From an uncultured delta proteobacterium (GTDB lineage: Bacteria; Myxococcota; Myxococcia; Myxococcales; Myxococcaceae): a DNA stretch of 64,000 nucleotides. The stretch spans positions 256,001 through 320,000 of the forward strand of contig CAVZMH010000015.1 in assembly GCA_963776345.1 (NCBI GenBank), read 5' to 3'. The notes below the pieces were generated by a model. The model was not told the origin of the DNA and did no database searches. It worked only from the letters and a program-made list of their open reading frames with translations. The translations under genes were made by a program, and so were the position numbers. Positions 1-8,740 of the stretch are shown here, one piece after another (positions within the stretch are counted from its first letter, which is position 1; every line of letters begins with the position of its first letter).

Positions 1-566
1 CCGTCGCTGAGCACCGCCAGGGCGACGAAGTCCGGCACGTCCTCGAGCTTTCCCCCGAAGTAGCGGGCGAAGTCCGCGCGCGGGTCCACCGTCTCGGTCT
101 GCCAGGCGTCGACCTCGCCGCCGCTCCGGAGGACGACGATCCGCTTGGCGAAGAACAGGTTGTTGGCCAGCTCGCAGCTGCGGTTGATCGCCCCGACCGA
201 GTTCCAGACGTACTTGATGACCATGACCTTGAGGCCGGCCTTGAAGGTGGCGAACACGCCGGCGGCCGCGTCGCCCACGTCGGGGTTGCAGTCGTCGCCG
301 CCCTTGGGGAAGGCCCGGACGCGCCAGCGCCACTGCACGCCGGCGAGGGTCCGCCGGAATCGCGGCGGGGCCTCGATGCCCCGGACCATGGTGTCGAACG
401 GCGGCCGGTACCGGGCCGCGAGGTAGGGTCCGTCAGGGCCGGACTCGACCGCGTAGTAGTCGTCCTTCCCCGAACTCTGCTTCACCACCTGGAAGGCGCG
501 GATGTCGAGCGAGGTGCCCTCGGAGGGCGAGGCGGAGAGCACCACGCTGAGCAGGATGGAGAGCAC
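1..566 (-). CDS. DUF3047-like exported protein (3' end outside window)
   Basis: Not in ORF track; read manually. GTG at 566 after GAGGAG RBS; hydrophobic leader MLSILLSVVLSAS; motifs QWRWRV..FPKGGDDC..DAAA, IKYVW, WQTETVD.RADF.RYFG, ALAVLSD resemble DUF3047; open to window edge. Confidence 0.65.
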   Translation of the reverse strand, partial: MLSILLSVVLSASPSEGTSLDIRAFQVVKQSSGKDDYYAVESGPDGPYLAARYRPPFDTMVRGIEAPPRFRRTLAGVQWRWRVRAFPKGGDDCNPDVGDAAAGVFATFKAGLKVMVIKYVWNSVGAINRSCELANNLFFAKRIVVLRSGGEVDAWQTETVDPRADFARYFGGKLEDVPDFVALAVLSD

Positions 567-695
567 GTTCCTCTCCTCGCACGCCCCGGCCGGCGATCTC
601 AACGCGCTTGAATGCGGCGGGGGGCCGCGCACCCCCGGGCCCTCTTCCGTGCGCCGGGCGGTCGTGGTACGCCCCGCGGCCCGGAAAGCCGGCCC

Positions 696-769
696 GGCTA
701 GGTAGCTCAACTGGTTAGAGCGGCGGTCTCATAATCCGCAGGTTCCCGGTTCGATTCCGGGCCTAGCCA
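696..769 (+). tRNA. tRNA with CAT anticodon, most likely elongator tRNA-Met (Ile2 not fully excluded); CCA not encoded
   Basis: GGCTAGG/CCTAGCC acceptor stem, D arm GCTC-AACTGGTTA-GAGC, anticodon loop CTCATAA, T arm CCCGG-TTCGATT-CCGGG; paired G1-C72 excludes initiator. Confidence 0.93.
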
Positions 770-867
770 CTTTCCCCGCCGCCGCTTAATTGACAACCCT
801 CCAGGACGCGGGAACCTCGGGGGCACCGGCGCGACAGACCTGTCGCGCCGGAGAGGAGTCGGCGCGC

Positions 868-1077
868 ATGGAACCCAGCACCACCGTCCCCGAGCCCGTC
901 CCCCAGGCCGACGCGGCGGATCCGGACGCCAGCTTCACGGTGAGCACGCACGTGCTCGTCCCCGAGGAGGACGTCCGGCGGCTCCGGGCCCTCTCCGCCC
1001 GGACGCGGGTGGCCCAGAGCGACTACCTCCGCGAGGCGGTGGAGGACCTCCTCAAGAAGTACGGCGTCGAGCCGTGA
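868..1077 (+). CDS. Ribbon-helix-helix DNA-binding protein (myxobacterial type)
   Basis: ATG at 868 after GAGGAG; VSTHVLVPEEDVRRLRALSARTRVAQSDYLREAVEDLLKKY is a beta-alpha-alpha RHH pattern. Confidence 0.8.
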   Translation: MEPSTTVPEPVPQADAADPDASFTVSTHVLVPEEDVRRLRALSARTRVAQSDYLREAVEDLLKKYGVEP

Positions 1078-1226
1078 CCCCACCGGCCGCCGAGCGGATC
1101 CGCGAGCGCGAGCCGCTCCCGGTCGAGGCGAGGGGCCGTCCGCCGCTGCGCCCCGAGTCCCCTCCCCCGTCCCGCACCGAGGGCATCGTCCAGGCCATCC
1201 TCAGCTGGCTCGACGGGCAGCTCTAG
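1074..1226 (+). CDS. Small 50-aa hypothetical protein
   Basis: GTG overlaps the RHH stop (GTGA); MTPPAAERIRERE...TEGIVQAILSWLDGQL*; TAG overlaps the stop of the convergent gene (CTAG). Below ORF-track cutoff. Confidence 0.5.
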   Translation: MTPPAAERIREREPLPVEARGRPPLRPESPPPSRTEGIVQAILSWLDGQL

Positions 1227-2251
1227 CCCGCCGTCGACGGCGCGTTCTCCTCCTGCTCCAGCCGCCCCGCGAGGTCGCGGAACGACAGCTGGTCGATCGA
1301 CAGGAAGAGGAGCCCGAGGCCGATCTGAAGCGCCGTCTGGCACAGCCAGAGCACGTTGGCGTACGCGAGCCCGGGGCCGTTCACCACCGCGGCCGGCAGG
1401 AAGATGGAGAGCCCGAGCTTCACCGCCGCCTGGAAGGTCCCCACCATCCCGGGCGCGGCGGGGATCATCACCCCCACCACCAGTAGGCACATCGCCACGT
1501 ACGACTGGGTGAGCGAGAGCTGGAACGGGAACGCCCGCATCAACACCCACATCCCGAAGCCGTTCAGGCCCCAGTAGACGACCGTCCAGACGAGGAAGGC
1601 CGCCAGCTCGGACGGGCGGTGCCTCTGCTTCAGCGCGCCCACGAAGCCGTCCACGACGCCCGAGGCACGCTCGCCGAGCCCCGCCGAGAGCCGGCCCAGC
1701 GTGCCGCGCACCAGCGCCACGGCGCGGTCGTGCTGCCAGGCGGCGAAGAGGAGGAAGAGGAACCCTCCGAAGAACACCGCGAACATGGCGTTCGCCCCGT
1801 ACCGGGCGAGCCGCACCGGCGTGGCCTCGCCGTGGACGAAGAAGAGGAGCCCCCGGAGCAGGAGGGCCACGAACACCCCGTCGGCGATCCGCTCGAGCAC
1901 CACGGTGGTCATCGCCGCGCTCCGCCGGATGGAGCTGCGCTGGGCGATGAGGAAGGGACGGGCGAACTCCCCCAGCCGGAAGGGCAGCACCAGCAGCATC
2001 ATGAAGCCGATGGCGCTGGCGTCGTTCAGCGCCCGGAACCGGACCCGCTCCTGCGAGGCGAGCAGCGCGCCCCAGCGCGCCGTCCGGCAGAGGTGAATCA
2101 GCAGGAGGATGGCCAGGTACGGGGGCACCCAGCCGTAGTGCGCGGAGCGCAGGCTCGCCCACTGCTCTTCCCAGTGGGTGTCGCGGAACGCCCACCAGCC
2201 GAACACCAGGGTGACCGCCAGGCTGGCCAGCAGCTTGAGGAGTCGCTTCAC
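1223..2251 (-). CDS. Lysylphosphatidylglycerol synthase TM-domain / flippase-like membrane protein
   Basis: C-terminal part of ORF 1223..4015; GTG at 2251; motifs R..RW..LL, LPFRLGEFARP, VVLERIAD, IPAAPG.VGTF; many TM helices. Confidence 0.85.
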   Translation of the reverse strand: MKRLLKLLASLAVTLVFGWWAFRDTHWEEQWASLRSAHYGWVPPYLAILLLIHLCRTARWGALLASQERVRFRALNDASAIGFMMLLVLPFRLGEFARPFLIAQRSSIRRSAAMTTVVLERIADGVFVALLLRGLLFFVHGEATPVRLARYGANAMFAVFFGGFLFLLFAAWQHDRAVALVRGTLGRLSAGLGERASGVVDGFVGALKQRHRPSELAAFLVWTVVYWGLNGFGMWVLMRAFPFQLSLTQSYVAMCLLVVGVMIPAAPGMVGTFQAAVKLGLSIFLPAAVVNGPGLAYANVLWLCQTALQIGLGLLFLSIDQLSFRDLAGRLEQEENAPSTAG

Positions 2252-3007
2252 GAGGTGCCGCCGTCTACCCCACCCCCGTCGGGCATTTCCACCGTCTCGC
2301 CGGCGAGCACCCGCGCCGGGGACGTCCCGGAGCAGCCGCTGGACCCCAGCCTCTCCGGCACAGGCGCGAAGCTCGGAGAGCGCCTGCTCCAGCCACCGCT
2401 GCGCACCGGACGGCGCGTGCAGGTCGGTGGCGGCGACGGCGTAGAGCCCCTCGTCGAGGAGCGCGCGCGCGGTGCGGCGAGCCACCGGCCCGTAGCGGCC
2501 GCTCAGCGCGCCGATGTCCAGCTGCAGCCGCGCGCCCAGCGCCACCACCTCCGCCGCGCGGCCCGGGCGCTGGAACTCGAGGCAGCGCTCGGGGTGGGCG
2601 AAGAGCGGCACCACGCCCCGGCGCATCATCTGGAAGACCAGCGTGGGCAGGGCCGGGACCGGAGAGGAGTAAGGGAGCTCCACCAGCAAGTGAGGGCCGC
2701 GGTGCACCGGCCGCGCCGCGGGCGTGCCCAGCGACTCGAGGAAGCCCTCCTCCACCAGGGCGTTCTCCGCCCCGAGCTCGAGGACGAGGGGGATGCCCTC
2801 CTCGGCCAGCGCACGGCGGAGCGCGACCAGCCGCTCGACGCAGACCTCCAGCGGCGCGCACCCGGCGCGGGCGTGCGGGCTCACCGCGACGGTCGAGAAC
2901 CCCAGCCCGACCAGGGCCCGGGCCATCTCCAGGGCGTCCTCGGGCGTGCGCGCGCCATCGTCCACTCCGGGGAGCAGATGGCAGTGCAGGTCGACGTAGC
3001 CGCTCAT
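2248..3007 (-). CDS. CpsB/CapC-family PHP tyrosine-protein phosphatase (apparent +1 indel near 2320)
   Basis: DLHCHLLPGVDDG, SPH, GAE, AHPER, ATDLH motifs. Removing one C from the CCCC run (~2318-2321) gives ...VPARVLAGE...* with TGA overlapping the next GTG. Confidence 0.88.
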
Positions 3008-3201
3008 CGGTCGGGCACGTCGTCCGGGGACGGGGGCTGCTCCTCGCCCTCTGCCGGCCTCGAGGGGACCCGGTACTCCTCCCCGAACCAGCGGCCGAGG
3101 TCGATGCGGCGGCAGCGGTCGGAGCAGAAGGGAAAGGCCGGATTGCGGGCGAGCGGCGCCGCGGGCTTCTTGCACACGGGACAGGGGGCGATGCGTTCCA
3201 C
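3004..3201 (-). CDS. yacG: DNA gyrase inhibitor YacG
   Basis: CPVC...PFCSDRCRRIDLGRWFGEEYRVP signature. Confidence 0.92.
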   Translation of the reverse strand: MERIAPCPVCKKPAAPLARNPAFPFCSDRCRRIDLGRWFGEEYRVPSRPAEGEEQPPSPDDVPDR

Positions 3202-3395
3202 GGACGGCCCCTTCTACGGCCCTGGAGGCCCCGGGTTCCAGCACGGCGGCCCCGGCGAGCCCTCCCCGGGGGGCGGCCCCGGCGCTGCGGCACGAGCGGC
3301 CCCCGGCGGGCATGGAGCCGGGGCACCGGACGGCCGCCGCTGGCCTTGCAATCTGGCCGGAAGCAAGGCAGGCGGGTCGCCCCGAGGAGAACCAC

Positions 3396-4391
3396 ATGCG
3401 TGCCGTCCGCATCGAGCAGCCCGGGAGCGCCGCGGGCCTGCGCCTGGTCGAGGTCGAGGAGCCGGTCCCCGGTCCGGGGGAGATCGGCGTGGACGTCCAC
3501 TCCACCGCGCTCAACCGGGCGGACTGGCTGCAGACCCTCGGGAAGTACCCCCCGCCGCCGGGCACGCCCGCGGACCTCCCCGGGATGGAGTACGCCGGAA
3601 CGGTGCGCGCCACGGGGCCGCGGACCTTCCGTTTCCGCCCCGGGGACAGGGTGATGGGGCTGGTCCCTGGCGCGGCCTTCGCCGAGCGCCTCGTCACCCA
3701 CGAGCGCGAGGCGGTTGCGGTGCCCGAGCCCGTCTCGCTCACCGACGCGGGGGCGATCCCCGAGGCCTTCTTCACCGCCTTCGACGCGCTGGTGCTCCAG
3801 GGCCGGCTGGGCGCGGGCGAGCGGGTGCTGGTCCACGCGGTGGCAAGCGGGGTGGGCACGGCCGCGGCGCAGATCGTCCACGCGTCGGGCGCCACGCTCT
3901 TCGGCACCGGCCGCAACCCGGCCAAGCTGGAGCAGGTGGCGAAGCTGGTCCCGTCGACCTCCATCGCCGTGACGCGCGACGCACCCCGCTTCGCCGAGCG
4001 GGTGATGGAGCTCACCGGGGGCGCGGGCGTCGACCTGGTGCTCGACCTCGTCGGCGGCCGCTACACCGCCGAGTCGCTGGCCTGCCTCGCGCCGCGCGGG
4101 CGGATGCTGCTGGTGGGCACGGTGGACGGGGTGAAGGGCGAGCTCGACCTCCGGCTCGCGCTCGGCAAGCGGGCGCAGATCACCGGCACGGTGCTCCGCG
4201 CCCGCCCCCTGGAGGAGAAGATGGCGCTCGCCCGCGCGGTGGAGCGGCACGTCCTCCCGCTGTTCGCGCGCGGCGTGTACCGGCCGGTGGTCGACCGGGT
4301 GCTGCCCATGGAGCGAATCTCGGACGCCTTCGAGCTGCTGGCGGCGGACCGGAACGTGGGGAAGATCGTCCTGTCGTGGAGCCACCGATGA
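3396..4391 (+). CDS. NAD(P)H-quinone oxidoreductase, PIG3/MDR family
   Basis: ATG at 3396 after GAGGAG; LNRAD..Q..G.YPPPPG, PEAFFTA, HAVASGVGTAA, GKIVL. Confidence 0.92.
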   Translation: MRAVRIEQPGSAAGLRLVEVEEPVPGPGEIGVDVHSTALNRADWLQTLGKYPPPPGTPADLPGMEYAGTVRATGPRTFRFRPGDRVMGLVPGAAFAERLVTHEREAVAVPEPVSLTDAGAIPEAFFTAFDALVLQGRLGAGERVLVHAVASGVGTAAAQIVHASGATLFGTGRNPAKLEQVAKLVPSTSIAVTRDAPRFAERVMELTGGAGVDLVLDLVGGRYTAESLACLAPRGRMLLVGTVDGVKGELDLRLALGKRAQITGTVLRARPLEEKMALARAVERHVLPLFARGVYRPVVDRVLPMERISDAFELLAADRNVGKIVLSWSHR

Positions 4392-5416
4392 GCTTCGATC
4401 CCGGTGCACCCGGACTCGCGGGCCAGGCCTTCGGGCTGCCGCACTCGGTGGACGAGGCCCGGGTGGTGCTCGTCCCCGTCCCCTTCGAGGCCACCACCAG
4501 CTACGGCGGTGGCGCGGCGGACGGACCGGCGGCGGTGCTCCGCGCCTCCCGCCAGGTGGACCTCTTCGACCTGGAGACCGGCCGCCCCTACCTCGACGGC
4601 ATCGCCATGCTCCCCGAGGACGCACGGGTGCGCGCCTGGAACGACGAGGCCAAGCGGCTCGCCGGCCCCATCGTCGAGGCCGGAGGCGCCCCGCCCGGGG
4701 ACCCGGGGCTCGCCCGGGTGAACGCGCTCTGCGAGCAGCTCAACGGCTGGCTGGAGCGCACCGTCGCCGGCCTCATCGCCGACGGGAAGCTGGTGGCCTC
4801 CGTGGGCGGGGACCACGGCAGCGTCTACGGGGCAATCGCCGCCCACGCGCACGCCTACCCGGGGATGGGCATCCTCCACCTGGACGCGCACGCCGACCTC
4901 CGGGACGCGTACGAGGGCTTCACCTGGTCGCACGCCTCCATCTTCCACAACGTCCTCCACCGGCTCCCCGAGGTGTCCCGCCTGGTGCAGGTGGGCCTGC
5001 GCGACATCTCGGAGGACGAGGTCGCGCAGGTGGAGTCCTCCGGCGGGCGGCTGGTGGTGCACACCGACCCCGAGCTCAAGCGACGCGCGTTCGACGGCGA
5101 GCCCTGGGCGCGCCAGGTGGACCGGATGGTCCGCGACCTGCCGGAGCAGGTCTACCTCTCCTTCGACGTCGACGGGCTCGACCCCACCCTCTGCCCTCAC
5201 ACCGGAACGCCGGTGCCCGGCGGCCTCTCCTTCGCCGAGGCGACGGCCCTCGTCGCCGGGGTGGTCCGCTCCGGGCGGCGGATCGTGGGGATGGACCTCG
5301 ACGAGGTCGCGCCGGGTCCGGAGGGCGACGAGTGGGACGGGAACGTGGGGGCCCGGCTCCTCTACAAGATGATCGGCTGGGCGCTGCGCTCGCAGCGCGG
5401 AGGTGAAGGACGCTGA
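4388..5416 (+). CDS. Agmatinase / arginase-family ureohydrolase
   Basis: ATGA overlap with upstream gene; GGDH, DAHADL, SHAS, SFDVDGLDP, GTPVPGG motifs. Confidence 0.92.
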   Translation: MSFDPGAPGLAGQAFGLPHSVDEARVVLVPVPFEATTSYGGGAADGPAAVLRASRQVDLFDLETGRPYLDGIAMLPEDARVRAWNDEAKRLAGPIVEAGGAPPGDPGLARVNALCEQLNGWLERTVAGLIADGKLVASVGGDHGSVYGAIAAHAHAYPGMGILHLDAHADLRDAYEGFTWSHASIFHNVLHRLPEVSRLVQVGLRDISEDEVAQVESSGGRLVVHTDPELKRRAFDGEPWARQVDRMVRDLPEQVYLSFDVDGLDPTLCPHTGTPVPGGLSFAEATALVAGVVRSGRRIVGMDLDEVAPGPEGDEWDGNVGARLLYKMIGWALRSQRGGEGR

Positions 5417-6720
5417 TGCATCGCTCGATGGTCCTGGCGCTCGGGCTGCTCGCGGTTCCGGCAGCCCGCGCGGACGTGGCCCGGCGCCGCTCGCCGGTGG
5501 CGGACGTGGTCCAGAGGGTCGGCCCGGCGGTGGTCTTCATCGGCACCGAGCAGATGGTGGACCGGCGGATGCGCGGCTCGCCGCTGGACGAGCTCCTCTT
5601 CGGCGAGCGTGGCCGACGCGAGCTGCAGCAGACGGTGCAGTCGCTCGGCTCGGGAGTGATCATCGACCCCGGCGGGACCATCGTCACCAACGACCACGTG
5701 ATCCGCGGCGCCTCGGCGGTGCACGTGGTGCTCGCCGACGGACGCCAGCTCGACGCCGAAGTGGTGGGAGCGGACGCGCCCAACGACCTGGCGGTGCTCC
5801 GCGTGTCCTCGAAGACGCCGCTGCCGGCGGCGAAGCTCGGCACCTCGGCGGATCTGATGATCGGCGAGACGGTGGTGGCCATCGGCAGCCCCTTCGGCCT
5901 CACCAAGACCGTCACCTCGGGCGTGCTCTCGGCCGTGGGCCGGAGCTTCAAGGCCAACGACCAGCTCTACATCGACTTCTTGCAGACCGACGCGGCGATC
6001 AACCCGGGCAACTCGGGCGGCCCGCTGCTCAACCTGGACGGCGAGGTGATCGGCATCAACACCGCCATCTTCAGCGGCGCGCAGGGGATCGGGTTCGCCA
6101 TCCCGGTGGACAAGGTCCGGCGCATCGTCGCCGAGCTGCGCACCTTCGGGAAGGTCCGCCCGGCCTGGGTGGGCATCAACGTGGTCGACCTCACGATACC
6201 CATCGCCCGGCGGCTGGGCTGGGAGCGCAGCGACGGCGCGGTGGTGGAGTCGATCGATTCGGGGAGCCCGGCGGCAGCGGCCGGCGTGCAGCCCGGGGAC
6301 GTGGTGGTGGATCTCGGCGGCACCCCGGTCCAGGACGCGGACGAATTCCAGGCGCGCCTCGGGGGCTACCCCGCGCGGGCTCCCATGCCGCTGGTGCTCT
6401 GGCGGGACCGCCGGAAGGTCGTGGTCACCGTGACCCCCGCCGAGTTCCCCGCCGAGCGGGCCGACGCGTTCGCCTGGGACCGGCTTGGCCTGCGGCTCAC
6501 CCCGGCTCGTGGCGCCCTGGCCGTCTCCGCGGTGCGTGAACGCAGCCAGGCGGACCAGTTCGGCATCGACCGGGGAGACCTGATCGTCCGGCTCAACAAC
6601 GTCCCCCTGGACTCGCTCGCCACCTTCCGGGAGGCGCTGGTCTCCGCCCGGCGCGCACGCTCGGTGCTGCTGGTGGTGCGCCGCGCGGGTCGCAATTACC
6701 TCGTGACGTTCCGGCTTTAA
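5416..6720 (+). CDS. HtrA/DegP-like serine protease with PDZ domains
   Basis: Signal peptide; triad TNDHV / NDLAVL / TDAAINPGNSGG; two C-terminal PDZ-like regions. Confidence 0.93.
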   Translation: MHRSMVLALGLLAVPAARADVARRRSPVADVVQRVGPAVVFIGTEQMVDRRMRGSPLDELLFGERGRRELQQTVQSLGSGVIIDPGGTIVTNDHVIRGASAVHVVLADGRQLDAEVVGADAPNDLAVLRVSSKTPLPAAKLGTSADLMIGETVVAIGSPFGLTKTVTSGVLSAVGRSFKANDQLYIDFLQTDAAINPGNSGGPLLNLDGEVIGINTAIFSGAQGIGFAIPVDKVRRIVAELRTFGKVRPAWVGINVVDLTIPIARRLGWERSDGAVVESIDSGSPAAAAGVQPGDVVVDLGGTPVQDADEFQARLGGYPARAPMPLVLWRDRRKVVVTVTPAEFPAERADAFAWDRLGLRLTPARGALAVSAVRERSQADQFGIDRGDLIVRLNNVPLDSLATFREALVSARRARSVLLVVRRAGRNYLVTFRL

Positions 6721-6835
6721 GGGTCGTCGCCGACCCCATTTCCGGTGGAGGTACGACTCCTGGACACAGGGCAAGGGGGCGTGCATCCGGTCGATTTCTC
6801 GGCGTTCGAGCAGCGCAGTAGACTGCCGCGCCAGC

Positions 6836-8578
6836 GTGACCCGAATCGTTCCGACCTATCGCACAGCCGGGCCGCTGCTCGCCGGCACCCGGTCGAGCGC
6901 GATGCTCGGGCTCGAAGAGCGCGAGGCGTCGGCGCGGCCGGTGGTCCTGGTCTGGGCGCCGTCCGATCTGCCGAAGGACGAGGACCGCTTCTCCCAGCTG
7001 CAGCGAGACACGCGCCGGGCGGCCACGCTCGAGCATCCGCACATCGTCAAGGTGCACGGGCTGGCCACGCTCGAGCAGGGCCTGGCCCGCGTCGTCGAGT
7101 ACGTGGACGGCGAGTCGCTCCGTGACGTGCTCGAGCACACCGGGAAGCTGTCGCCGGCCATCGCCGGCCGCATCGCGGTGGACTGCGCCCTGGGCATCCA
7201 CTACGCGCACGTGGCCGGCAACGACGACGGCACGCCGCTGATCCACGGGGACCTGCGCCCCGAGACGGTGATGCTGGCCTTCTCCGGGCGGGCCAAGGTG
7301 GGCGGCTACGGGGCGCTCGCGGTCGCGCCGAAGGAGCCCAAGGGACAGCGGGTGGTGAACCGGCGCCGGTACTGCGCGCCCGAGCAGATCCTCGGGGGCC
7401 GCGACGCCCAGACCGCGCAGACGGACGTCTTCCTCCTCGGCCTTGTCCTCTACGAGTGCCTCACCGGGCGGATGCCCTGGGACAAGGAGACGGACTTCGA
7501 CCAGGCGGTGATGAACGCGTCGCTGCCGCTGGAGGGGTTCCCGCCCCCGGTCCAAGAGCTGCTCCGCAAGGCGACGGCCAAGCGCGCCTCGGACCGCCAC
7601 AAGACCGCGCTCGCCTTCCGGGACGCCGTGGACCAGGTGTTCGCGCCGCTCGCCACGCCGGCCGAGCTGTCGGAGCTGCTGGAGCACCACTTCCCGGCCC
7701 TGGACTCGCCACGAGCGGCGCGCAAGCAGGTGCTCGAGGCCGCGCTCGCTGCGCACGCCCGGGCCTGGGCGTCGCAGGCGCCGAAGAGCTCCGAGGCGCC
7801 CACCATCCCCATCGCGCAGCGTGAGCTGGCGGAGCTCGAGGCGCCGCGCTTCGACTGGCGCTCGAAGGTGCCGCTGGTGTTCGGCGTGGTGGTGGCCGGT
7901 GCGCTCGCGGGCGCGTTCTGGTTCCAGGCGCGCCACGCGGTGCCCAAGCCGATGCTGCTCGTTCCGCCCGGGCAGGAACAGGCGGCGGGAACCGGCACGC
8001 CCGGCGTGGCGACCGCTCCGCCCGCCGCGCCAGCCGTCGATCGCCCGCCGGCGCCGGCCATGGCGGCAGCTGCCTCCCCTGCCCCCGCCCCGCCTGCCCC
8101 GGCGCCGACCGCGCCGGTGAAGACCGGGGTGGCCGACCCGCGCCCGAGGAGCGATTTCCTCACCACCGGGCTCGACCTCGTCACCGACCCTCCGGTGGAG
8201 GTCGCGCTGGACAAGAAGCCGTTCGGACGGACGCCGCTGGTCATCCCCGCCACGCCAGGCCGGCACGTCCTGACGCTCAGCGAGGCGTCCAAGGGCATCA
8301 ACCAGTCGCGGGTGGTCGCGGTGAAGAAGGACGGCATCACCCCGCTCCGGCTGACAGTGGGCCGGGGCACGCTGTCGGTGCGCGCGCCGCAGGGCGCCCG
8401 GGTGATCGTCGACGGGCGCGTGGTGGGCTCGAGCCCCGTCGACGACCTGCATCTGTTCGAGGGGACGCACCATCTCAAGGTGACGCTGGGCGACGCCATC
8501 TGGCAGCAATCGTTCGTGCTCCGGAGCGAGCAGAGCCTGCGTTACGACGTGGAGCTGAAGCCGACCAACGGCGGCTGA
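6836..8578 (+). CDS. Membrane-anchored Ser/Thr kinase-like protein (probable pseudokinase) with PEGA domains
   Basis: LEHPHIVKV, IHGDLRPET, YCAPEQ, TDVFLLGLVLYECLTG; TM helix VPLVFGVVVAGALAGAFWF; Pro/Ala linker; PEGA-like G.TPL..PG.H repeats. Confidence 0.85.
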   Translation: MTRIVPTYRTAGPLLAGTRSSAMLGLEEREASARPVVLVWAPSDLPKDEDRFSQLQRDTRRAATLEHPHIVKVHGLATLEQGLARVVEYVDGESLRDVLEHTGKLSPAIAGRIAVDCALGIHYAHVAGNDDGTPLIHGDLRPETVMLAFSGRAKVGGYGALAVAPKEPKGQRVVNRRRYCAPEQILGGRDAQTAQTDVFLLGLVLYECLTGRMPWDKETDFDQAVMNASLPLEGFPPPVQELLRKATAKRASDRHKTALAFRDAVDQVFAPLATPAELSELLEHHFPALDSPRAARKQVLEAALAAHARAWASQAPKSSEAPTIPIAQRELAELEAPRFDWRSKVPLVFGVVVAGALAGAFWFQARHAVPKPMLLVPPGQEQAAGTGTPGVATAPPAAPAVDRPPAPAMAAAASPAPAPPAPAPTAPVKTGVADPRPRSDFLTTGLDLVTDPPVEVALDKKPFGRTPLVIPATPGRHVLTLSEASKGINQSRVVAVKKDGITPLRLTVGRGTLSVRAPQGARVIVDGRVVGSSPVDDLHLFEGTHHLKVTLGDAIWQQSFVLRSEQSLRYDVELKPTNGG

Positions 8579-8701
8579 CCGGCGGTCGGCGCGCCCTCGG
8601 CGGGGCCTGCCGGGCCGAACTCGGGGCGGTGAAGGCTCCGCGGGCGGCGCTCGCGGTGGACGCCGAGCCCGACGACTCCGGGCGCCCAGAGTGAGGCGCT
8701 C

Positions 8702-8733
8702 GGGCGGAGGGCGGGCCGACCCGCCCCCCGCCG
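8702..8733. terminator. GC-rich hairpin between convergent genes
   Basis: gggcggagggcggg-ccga-cccgccccccgcc inverted repeat; no U-tract. Confidence 0.4.
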
Positions 8734-8740
8734 GGGAGCG

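Noticed and set aside
1223..3007. Apparent in-frame fusion of PHP tyrosine phosphatase and LPG-synthase/flippase
   Set aside because: Deleting one C in the CCCC run near 2320 restores the typical PARVLAGE C-terminus and a TGA overlapping the next GTG, so it is most likely an indel artefact.
1619..5416. 1265-aa plus-strand ORF
   Set aside because: Only 4388-5416 (agmatinase) is real; the rest is antisense or off-frame shadow caused by scarce stop codons at high GC.
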